Source: Polyangiaceae bacterium
GTDB taxonomy: Bacteria; Myxococcota_A; Polyangia; Polyangiales; Polyangiaceae
Reading direction: 5' to 3'
DNA length: 64,000 nt
Assembly: GCA_044376115.1 (NCBI GenBank)
Contig: JBILLK010000019.1
Location: 128,001 to 192,000, forward strand
The notes under the pieces were generated by a model. The model saw only the letters and a program-made list of their open reading frames with translations, was not told the origin of the DNA and made no database searches. Below, in pieces: positions 48,204 to 55,446 of this stretch (position 1 is the first letter of the stretch; every line of letters starts with the position of its first letter). The position numbers and the translations under genes are program-made.

Positions 48204-48219
48204 CTTCGAGGAGGTAGGA

Positions 48220-49707
48220 ATGGAACGTGCTTTAGGAGGCCGTATGCGCACAATCCTTCTGATGCTGGCTGCCTCGTTTGCTGTCGCTTGCACTGACGGC
48301 GACAGCGGTACGACTGGCGAAGTGGGCGGCGGAACCACCAACGCTGGGACTGGCGGGGGCTTTGGTGCGCCTCCTGGCGAGCCTGCGGTTGAGGGCGTTT
48401 CCAACAAGTCTGTCGATGGCTTTGAGAATGGCGACGAGTTCAGCTGCAACGCGGCGCCGTTGATCGACGTCTCGCTACCGTATGGTTTTGAGCGTGCGGT
48501 AGCGGCCGGCCAGTACGTTGATTCGATGCTGAAGCGAAGCTTTTTGCCCGATCCTTCGGCCCTGCGCTTTGAACCGCTGCGCGCCTATCTGGAGAACCGC
48601 GATGCAAGCGAGCGACTCGAGGCGTGGGTCGAGCCGCGTGGGACTGATTCGGTTCGGCTTCAGGTCCGGCTGCGGTCTCCCCTCGGCGCCGAGTCTCCTC
48701 CGGACCATGTCATCGTTGTCTTGGATGTGTCATCAAGCATGGCTCAATCCGCCTCATTGCGCGATCAAGAGCTAAACGCCCTCGCCCTCCACCTCGACCA
48801 GGTGCAAAGTCGCTTCTCGCTGATCACCTTTGCAGGGGAGGCCACGGTGCTGATCGACAAGGCCCCGGCCGGAGAGGTAGCCAGTTCACTAGCGGTGGTG
48901 AGCACGCAGCTGGTCCCCGGAGAGGGCCACAATCTCTCGGCGGCGCTCAAAGAGGCTGCGGCGCTGGTGGACTCCAAGACCACCCAGCTGCTCGTGCTGA
49001 CCGACGCTGGCTTTAGCGCGGACGCGACCGCACTCGAGCAGGCGCGCGCACTTCAGGAGGGCGGCTCTCCGCTGTCGGTGGTGCAACTCGCGGCACCCAC
49101 CGGCTTTCAGCGTCAGGAGAGCGCAGCGGCGCAGACGGCCCTGCGCTTCGACATGTTGACCGAGCTGGCTGAGGCTGGCGGCGGCCTCGCTCTGTTTGCC
49201 GACGGTGAGAGCTTTGCACCGGAGACGTGGGTTCCGCCGTTCTCCATGCATCCAGCGGTTGCGCTCATTTTGCCGGGTAACCTCCAGCCCTTGGATGTGT
49301 TCGTGGGAGAGGTCGTCGGCGAGCGACGCTTGCCGAGCACGGTCACCGGAACGGCGTCGACCACGCTGTACACCGGCTGCCTGGACCCCAACGTCCCAGC
49401 CGACCTCACGATCGATGGCAATGCCTTCTCCCTCAAGTTCGTTGGCGACCAGTGGGCCCTGCAAGACAGCGTTCGCACCAAGGCCGATGAAAAGCTTCAG
49501 GCCGTGGTGAAGGCGCTACGCACACAAACCCCGCCCAACGATGGAATGCTTCCCGGTGATTTCGTATGTGAGGCGCTAGCGGCGTTCAGCAGTCCTGTCG
49601 CGTGTGGCACCAGTGGTCTTGACCCTTCGTGCGGTTATGCGCTGCAGGTCGACGCTTTCTACGAGAAGATTTGCAACGACTTCTGCGGCAGTTGCGGCGC
49701 CTTCTGA
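48220..49707 (+). CDS. vWA-domain lipoprotein (YfbK-like), copy 2
   Basis: Lipobox-like FAVAC; Gly-rich linker; HVIVVLDVSSS, LLVLTDAG; start ATG 48220 or 48244. Confidence 0.8.
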   Translation: MERALGGRMRTILLMLAASFAVACTDGDSGTTGEVGGGTTNAGTGGGFGAPPGEPAVEGVSNKSVDGFENGDEFSCNAAPLIDVSLPYGFERAVAAGQYVDSMLKRSFLPDPSALRFEPLRAYLENRDASERLEAWVEPRGTDSVRLQVRLRSPLGAESPPDHVIVVLDVSSSMAQSASLRDQELNALALHLDQVQSRFSLITFAGEATVLIDKAPAGEVASSLAVVSTQLVPGEGHNLSAALKEAAALVDSKTTQLLVLTDAGFSADATALEQARALQEGGSPLSVVQLAAPTGFQRQESAAAQTALRFDMLTELAEAGGGLALFADGESFAPETWVPPFSMHPAVALILPGNLQPLDVFVGEVVGERRLPSTVTGTASTTLYTGCLDPNVPADLTIDGNAFSLKFVGDQWALQDSVRTKADEKLQAVVKALRTQTPPNDGMLPGDFVCEALAAFSSPVACGTSGLDPSCGYALQVDAFYEKICNDFCGSCGAF

Positions 49708-51690
49708 TCAGCCTCGCGAGGGGCGTTTACGGTTCTTGAACCAAGCGCGCGCGGTCTCCATCTTGCGCGCTTGGTCGCGTGGAGCGCGTCGTTTGCAGGT
49801 CGCCGCTTCGCTCGAGGCTGGGTCTGCGCCCCAGCGCAGCTCGGCGCAGTCGTTCGGATTGAAGGCCACCTCGAGCGCGCTGCTGCGCGCGACCACATCG
49901 GCGAGCTTCAGCTCGAACCGGCTGCCATCCGAGCGCGCATAGCTGAAGCTGCGCTGCCCGAGTTCCTTTTGCAACCGAGCCTCGAGCGCGCGCACGACCT
50001 CGTCCACGTTGGCGCCAGCGGGTAGCCGAAAACGTTCAGGGTGCGCCTTCACCCGTTTGGCGAAGTTTTGCACGACGTCGATGGCGATCAGCAGGCGTAG
50101 ATCCCGGCTCGGCGTAGAGAAGTTCTCCCAGTTGCCGACGGTCTCGAAGATGGAGGCGCCGTTCGGCATGTCGATGCGTGCGCCGCCGTCGCGAAAGAAC
50201 TTCTCGCCGTTTTCCACCGAGCCGACGCGCGTTTTGACCTGCTCCTCGAGCGCGCCGATCACGCTGAGCAGCGCGGCCTCGGGATCGCGGGGGGCGGGCG
50301 AGAGCACGAGATCCATCTGCTCGTAGAACTCGCTCGAGCTGAGCTTGCTCTGCTCGAGCGAGTGATCGCCCCAATCGGCGCGCTCGCCGATGGCCTTGTT
50401 GGACAGCGCGCGCACGTTGCCGCCTGCAGCGGTGATCGGACGAAAGCGCTTGAAGCCGGGGTTGCCCATCGCTGGTTCGTCCTGCACGAAGAGGAAGTTC
50501 CCTTCCCAAAAACGCTTCTTGGCGACGGTGCCGTCGGGTTGGCCGTCCACCGCGAAAAGAGCGCCCGCCTTGTCTCCGACCTGCGGCACGAGCTTGGCCA
50601 CCACCAGGATGTGACCGTAGGGATCGGCGTAGATGGTGCCCGGCCGCAGCGTCTCGCGCGTGAGCGGCACGGGGTAGTAGTCGGTGGTGTCGTCGGCGGC
50701 GAGCGTGCGCCCGGTGCCCGAATGCACAGCGTTCTTGAGCGTGACGCGGGCGAAGGTCTCGAATCGCTTCCAGCGCGAAGGGATGGGCTCCTCGAGCGGA
50801 TCCAGGTTGGATTGGCGGTCTTGGCAACGCGGTGCTTGCCCGCCGCCGCCGCGTGAACACTTGGAGAAGGCGAATGGAAGGCCGAGCTTGAAGGCGAAGT
50901 AGGCGCGCAAGAAGTACGGCAAATCGGCGCAATCGGGATCCAGCCGCATCCCTTTGGGCGGCGCTTGATCCTCCTCGGCGCCGAGATGGTTGTGGAGGAA
51001 GTTACGTTCTTCGTCGCTGGTGAACTCGTGCAGCGAGCCGGCGCTGAAGAACTCGTCATCCGGTGCGTCGAAGAGCGCCTCCACCCAGGCCGAGAACAGA
51101 TCCTCCATCGCGCTGTCCCACGCTCGCGTGTTGCTCCACGGCAGGCCTTGCGGCCCGGCGCGACCGAGCCGTTTGGCGGTAGCGACCACGCTGATGGTCT
51201 CGCAGTGTTGGGCCACGCCGTCGCGCACGGCGATGGCTTTGAGCGAGCCCGCCGCGCTCGGTGTGAAGCGTGCGAGCGCCGAGGACGGCGGGCCGTTGCG
51301 GCGTTCGGCTTGCACCACCACCGGCGCTCGGCCTTGCTCCACCAGCAGCACGTACTCACTGGGCAGAGCGCTCTTGGTGAGAGCCACCACCCGCAGCTCG
51401 CTGTTGGCCGCAGGCTCGAGCGGTGAGACGAACATGCGGGTGTTCGTGCCGGCGACGCAGGGGCCTTCTGCGAGGGCCTTGGCGGCCTCGGGAGCGAGCG
51501 GCGCCAGCACCGGCGCAGCCGGGGCTGCGGCGCTTGCAACAGGGGCCGCGGCGCTCTCGACAGCGGACGCGGAGGCCGAGGCGGCGAGCGGCGCCGAGTC
51601 GAGCGGTGGGACGCCATCGGCAGGCGGACGACCGCACGCGAGGGCGCTCAACAGGCTCGCGAACGCGGCTGCGCAGCCGGCGCGCCTCAT
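49708..51690 (-). CDS. Large lipoprotein with a putative papain-like/NlpC-P60-type Cys-His domain
   Basis: Lipobox ALAC; Ala/Pro linker; DCADLPYFLRAYFA...LRPGTIYADPYGHILVV. Confidence 0.7.
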   Translation of the reverse strand: MRRAGCAAAFASLLSALACGRPPADGVPPLDSAPLAASASASAVESAAAPVASAAAPAAPVLAPLAPEAAKALAEGPCVAGTNTRMFVSPLEPAANSELRVVALTKSALPSEYVLLVEQGRAPVVVQAERRNGPPSSALARFTPSAAGSLKAIAVRDGVAQHCETISVVATAKRLGRAGPQGLPWSNTRAWDSAMEDLFSAWVEALFDAPDDEFFSAGSLHEFTSDEERNFLHNHLGAEEDQAPPKGMRLDPDCADLPYFLRAYFAFKLGLPFAFSKCSRGGGGQAPRCQDRQSNLDPLEEPIPSRWKRFETFARVTLKNAVHSGTGRTLAADDTTDYYPVPLTRETLRPGTIYADPYGHILVVAKLVPQVGDKAGALFAVDGQPDGTVAKKRFWEGNFLFVQDEPAMGNPGFKRFRPITAAGGNVRALSNKAIGERADWGDHSLEQSKLSSSEFYEQMDLVLSPAPRDPEAALLSVIGALEEQVKTRVGSVENGEKFFRDGGARIDMPNGASIFETVGNWENFSTPSRDLRLLIAIDVVQNFAKRVKAHPERFRLPAGANVDEVVRALEARLQKELGQRSFSYARSDGSRFELKLADVVARSSALEVAFNPNDCAELRWGADPASSEAATCKRRAPRDQARKMETARAWFKNRKRPSRG

Positions 51691-52844
51691 CCGCGGCGCT
51701 TCTTCGCGGGAGCGGGCTTCTTCGCGGGAGCGGGCTTCTTCGCGGGAGCGGGCTTCTTCGCGGGAGCGGGCTTCTTCGCGGGCTTGCCCGCCGACGGCTT
51801 CGATGCGGCGCGCTTCTGCTGCCCCGGCGCCTTCTTTGCGGGCGCCGCTGGCTTGGTTGAAGCGGCCTTTTCGGCGGCGGCTTTCTTGGCGGCGGCGAGC
51901 TTCTTGGCCGCGGCGGCGCGTTTGGCCGAGGCAGCTCTTCTGCCGATCACGGCCTGCCGCGCGGCGGGTGCGTTGCCGGGGAGCAGTCGCTCGCCCGATG
52001 CGGGTTTGCGTTTGGGCGCCGGCTGCTTCGCTTTGGGCAGAGGCGCGACGGCGGCGGCCTGCCGACGGCCGGGCTCGCGCGGTTGGAATTCGAGCAGCTC
52101 GATCTCGGACTCCGGGATGAGCTCACTCTCCACGGCGGTCTCCGGCGCAGCTAGCTGCGGCGCGTTGGTCTGCACGACTTCTTCAATTTCTGCAGCGGCT
52201 GGCGCGACAGTCTCCAAGCTCTTGTACGGCGGCTTGAGAAGCGGCTCGTGGCGCTTCTCGGCGGCGACGAGGAACACCTCGAAGCTGTTGGTCCGCACCG
52301 TCTCGGGGCGCAGCGTACGCACGTCGGCGTACTCCTTGCGCAGCTCGCCGCGCGCCTTTTCGTAGTCGGGGCCCATGAAGATTTTTGCGACGAAGCTCGA
52401 GCCTTTTTTTCCATACAGCTTGGCGATCTCAATCGCCTTCATCACCAGCTCGTAGCTCTGCCATTGATCGACGTCGCGCATGCCGCTGGTGTTGGGCGCC
52501 ATGTCGGAGAGCACCACATCGAACGGTGCTTCTTTCTCGAAGGTGTCGAGCGGGAGATCGAAGAGATCGACGATGTAGACCGAGGCGTTGGGGCCGAGCG
52601 TGACGGTTAGCGGTTGCCGATCGACCGAGACGAGCCGGCCGTTGAAGCCGATTTTGCGCTGCACGTAGAGCGACCAAGAGCCGGGCGCCGAGCCGAGATC
52701 CACGACGTGTTGGCCGGGACGGAGCAGCCGACAGCGATGATCGATCTCCTCGAGCTTGAACACGCTGCGTGCCGGGAAGCCCTGCTTCTTGGCCGCTTTG
52801 GTGTAGAGGTCCGGCTTCTTGTAGGGGTTCTTCGATTTCGACAC
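51687..52844 (-). CDS. rlmE: 23S rRNA Um2552 methyltransferase RlmE/FtsJ with a long acidic then Lys/Ala/Pro-rich tail
   Basis: G.PARSVFKL.EID, VDLGSAPGSW, DVVLSDMAPNTSG, FVAKIFMG, R..S.EVF. Confidence 0.93.
   Translation of the reverse strand: MSKSKNPYKKPDLYTKAAKKQGFPARSVFKLEEIDHRCRLLRPGQHVVDLGSAPGSWSLYVQRKIGFNGRLVSVDRQPLTVTLGPNASVYIVDLFDLPLDTFEKEAPFDVVLSDMAPNTSGMRDVDQWQSYELVMKAIEIAKLYGKKGSSFVAKIFMGPDYEKARGELRKEYADVRTLRPETVRTNSFEVFLVAAEKRHEPLLKPPYKSLETVAPAAAEIEEVVQTNAPQLAAPETAVESELIPESEIELLEFQPREPGRRQAAAVAPLPKAKQPAPKRKPASGERLLPGNAPAARQAVIGRRAASAKRAAAAKKLAAAKKAAAEKAASTKPAAPAKKAPGQQKRAASKPSAGKPAKKPAPAKKPAPAKKPAPAKKPAPAKKRRG
51699..51782 (-). repeat. Perfect 18-bp tandem repeat, four copies plus a partial fifth, encoding (PAPAKK)n
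   Basis: Plus strand CTTCTTCGCGGGAGCGGG at 51699, 51717, 51735, 51753 and a 12-nt partial copy at 51771. Confidence 0.95.
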
Positions 52845-52939
52845 GGCGCTCTTCTCCCAGAGATGCGGCCGAGCGGCAAGAAAGGGGTTTGAGCGATTGT
52901 TGCGGCGCTGCTGAGGGCCGGACTAAGCTCGCGCGCGGT

Positions 52940-53398
52940 ATGTCACCGATCGTTTTCAGCAATGACCGCATGGCCATCACGCACGCGGGCAAGCTGTTCA
53001 CCTGCGGCTGGACCAACGCGCCCACGATAAACGACATGACGGCGCTCGAGAGCGAGGGGCGGCGCGCCGAGGCGGAGGCTGGACCAATGGCGTTGCTCAA
53101 CGTGGTGTTCGCGGGTGTACCCAACTTCCCTGAGCCAGTGCGTGCTGCTGGAGCGCGACTGACGCGAGATTCGCTGTTTGCGTCGGGGCGAGCGCACGTG
53201 GTGCTGATGCCGGGCTTTCTCGGTGTGGCCGTGACCTCCTTCATCAACACCTTCATCTTGCTGGGCAGATCGCCGTTCCCGACGAAGATCTTTCATTCGC
53301 TGCCGAAGAGCACAGCGTGGCTGTGCGAAACGGCAGGGCTACAGGCTGAGGAGATCGCTGCGGGAGTCGAGACGGTGCGTAAGCAGCTCTATCGGTGA
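52940..53398 (+). CDS. Myxobacterial hypothetical protein (STAS/SEC14-like; same family as 35153-35707)
   Basis: W..APT, P.P.R, GFLG.AV.S, FPTKIF. Confidence 0.6.
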   Translation: MSPIVFSNDRMAITHAGKLFTCGWTNAPTINDMTALESEGRRAEAEAGPMALLNVVFAGVPNFPEPVRAAGARLTRDSLFASGRAHVVLMPGFLGVAVTSFINTFILLGRSPFPTKIFHSLPKSTAWLCETAGLQAEEIAAGVETVRKQLYR

Positions 53399-53454
53399 GC
53401 GGCGCTTGGGTGCGAAGCAACCGCGCACCGACCCGAACGACAGGGCGACAAAGG

Positions 53455-53490
53455 CGAAACGCCCGAACCGCGAACGGTTCAGGCGTCTCG
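53455..53490 (-). terminator. Intrinsic terminator-like hairpin downstream of rplC
   Basis: Minus strand CGAGACGCCTGAACCG-TTCG-CGGTTCGGGCGTTTCG followed by CCTTTGT. Confidence 0.7.
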
Positions 53491-53522
53491 TGACGGCGCT
53501 GGCCTAGGCCAACGCGGCGAAC

Positions 53523-54188
53523 TCAGGCCTTCTTGCCGGCGTTCTTCTTCTTGGTGGCGCCGCGAACCACGACGATGCCGTTCTGGCCGCCGGGGATTGC
53601 ACCCTCGATCAGGATCACGTCGTCTTCCGGCATCAGCTTGGCGATCTTGAGGTTCTGCGTGGTGACCGTCTCGTTGCCGTAGTGACCGGGCATCTTGAGG
53701 CCGGGCAGGGTGCGACCGGGCGTCATGTTGGTACCGATCGAACCGCCGTGACGGAAGTACTCATGGGTACCGTGCGAGCTGACGAAGCCTGCGAAGCCCC
53801 AGCGAACCACGACGCCGGTGAAGCCGCGACCGCGGGTCTTGCCCTGCGCGTCCACGAACTGGCCTTCCTGGAAGACCTTGTCCACGCCGACCTTCTCACC
53901 GATCTCGTACTTGGCGACCTCTTCCACCGTCATGCGCAGCTCACGCACGATCTTCTTCGGCGTCTGGCCGGACTTCTTGTAGAAGCCAGCGAGCGGCTTG
54001 TTGGTGTGCTTCTCCTTGCGCTCACCGAGGCCGAGAATGAGGGCGCTGTAGCCGTCCTTCTCCATGGTGCGCTTGCCGACGACGACCGAGCCCGCTTGGA
54101 CGACGGTGACGCGGACGACCTCACCCTTGTCGGTGAAGATCTGGGTGGTGCCGATTTTTTTGCCGAGGATGCCCGGATTCGTGTTCAT
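53523..54188 (-). CDS. rplC: 50S ribosomal protein L3 (stand-alone)
   Basis: GILGKKIG.TQIF, DGYSA, G.TRGRGFTGVV.RW.F, SHG, GSIG...TPGR, KMPGHYG, GAIPG. Confidence 0.98.
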   Translation of the reverse strand: MNTNPGILGKKIGTTQIFTDKGEVVRVTVVQAGSVVVGKRTMEKDGYSALILGLGERKEKHTNKPLAGFYKKSGQTPKKIVRELRMTVEEVAKYEIGEKVGVDKVFQEGQFVDAQGKTRGRGFTGVVVRWGFAGFVSSHGTHEYFRHGGSIGTNMTPGRTLPGLKMPGHYGNETVTTQNLKIAKLMPEDDVILIEGAIPGGQNGIVVVRGATKKKNAGKKA

Positions 54189-54325
54189 GGGAGACCCTTT
54201 GTGACTTCGGGGGTTGGTACTGCTGCTGTTGGCTGCGAACAGCCACCCCGCCGTGCGATGGTGCTTCCGGAGAAGCGTCCGGTCGGAAGTCGGCGACCGG
54301 GGCCCGAAGGCCGCGCAATTTGGGG
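54189..54325 (-). ncRNA. Candidate structured 5' leader of rplC (four hairpins, three with UNCG tetraloops)
   Basis: GGCC-UUCG-GGCC (54301-54312), CCGGUCG/CGACCGG (54279-54300), GCUUC-UCCG-GAAGC (54263-54276), GGCUG-UUCG-CAGCC (54231-54244). Confidence 0.5.
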
Positions 54326-54331
54326 AGGCGG

Positions 54332-54360
54332 ACCATAGTCAAAGGCCAGGCCCTTGTACA
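54332..54360 (-). promoter_or_regulatory. sigma70-like promoter of rplC with a GC-rich discriminator
   Basis: TGTACA-17 nt-TATGGT followed by CCGCCTCC. Confidence 0.6.
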
Positions 54361-54415
54361 GCCCGTGATTGCGTGCTGAGCCGAGGCCGCGAGCTGCGCA
54401 CCCGCGCAGACGACC

Positions 54416-55420
54416 TCAGCCGATGGTCCCGACCGGTTCACTGACCTTTTCAGCGGCTGGGAGCGGGCTCTTTTTAGGCTCTTTGCTGTCCGGCAAGTTG
54501 AGCGTCTCGGCCACAAGGTAGAGCGGCCGGCGTTTGATCTCCTCGTAGATGCGCCCGACGTACTCACCCAAAATGCCGGTCATCAGCAGCTGGGCGGAGG
54601 AGGCGAGGGAGACGGTGATCATGATCGTCGCCCAGCCGGGGACGGTCTTACCGTAAAGGCCCTCGAACAGCGCCCAGAGCGAAGCTGCGATGGCGATCAT
54701 GCCCGAGAAGACACCGAGCAAGGTGGCGAGCCGCAGCGGGACGACGGAGAAGGAGGTGATGCCGTCGATGGCGAAGCGCAGCATCTTGCTGAGCGGGTAT
54801 TTGGTCTCCCCGGCGAAGCGTTCGGGGCGGTCATATTGGACGGCGGTCTGCTTGAAGCCGACCCACGATACGAGCCCGCGTACGAATCGGTGTTGCTCGC
54901 GTAGCGCGCGCATGGCCAGGATCACTGGCCGGCTCATCAAGCGGAAGTCGCCAGCGTCGAGCGGGATGTCGATCGGCACGAGGGCGCGCAACAACCGATA
55001 GAAGCCCGCGGCGGTGGCGCGTTTGAACAGGCTCTCGCCGTGACGCTTGAGGCGCTGGCCGATCACCACGTCCCAGCCTTCACGCCACTTCTCCAGCATT
55101 GCGCGCACGACCTCGGGTGGGTCTTGCAGATCGGCGTCCATGATCACGACCGCGTCGCCCTCGGCGCGATCCATGCCGGCGGTGATGGCTACCTGATGGC
55201 CGAAGTTGCGTGCGAAGGAGACCACCTTGTAACGCGGCTCGGTCTTGCACAGCTCGATCAGCATCTCGAAGGTGCGGTCTTTGGAGCCGTCGTTGACGAA
55301 GATGATCTCCCAGGTTTCCTCGATCGGGTTGAGGAACTCACGCAGCCGCTTGTCCAGCTCGGGGATGACCTGTTCTTCGTTGAAGACCGGAATAATGAAA
55401 GAAAGGGTAGGGCGGTCCAT
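54416..55420 (-). CDS. GT2 polyprenyl-phosphate glycosyltransferase (GtrB/ArnC-like)
   Basis: SFIIPVFNE, FVNDGS.D, RNFGHQ.AITAG, MDADLQDPPE, GDFRLM, R.AG.TKY, GEYVGRIYEE.K.RP.Y. Confidence 0.93.
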   Translation of the reverse strand: MDRPTLSFIIPVFNEEQVIPELDKRLREFLNPIEETWEIIFVNDGSKDRTFEMLIELCKTEPRYKVVSFARNFGHQVAITAGMDRAEGDAVVIMDADLQDPPEVVRAMLEKWREGWDVVIGQRLKRHGESLFKRATAAGFYRLLRALVPIDIPLDAGDFRLMSRPVILAMRALREQHRFVRGLVSWVGFKQTAVQYDRPERFAGETKYPLSKMLRFAIDGITSFSVVPLRLATLLGVFSGMIAIAASLWALFEGLYGKTVPGWATIMITVSLASSAQLLMTGILGEYVGRIYEEIKRRPLYLVAETLNLPDSKEPKKSPLPAAEKVSEPVGTIG

Positions 55421-55446
55421 GGCTCTTAAGCGAAGGGGGAAAGGAG

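Noticed and set aside
47656..48219. N-terminal extension of the 683-aa ORF
   Set aside because: It overlaps the Cys-rich gene; the signal peptide and SD sequences point to 48220 or 48244
43500..49700. Impression of slightly lower GC and more T-ending codons in the Cys-rich/vWA operon as evidence of horizontal transfer
   Set aside because: Judged by eye only, no integrase, tRNA or flanking repeats, and it could reflect amino-acid composition; needs a computed GC3 profile
51699..51782. Tandem repeat considered as a CRISPR array
   Set aside because: No spacers, an in-frame coding 18-mer, and no cas genes
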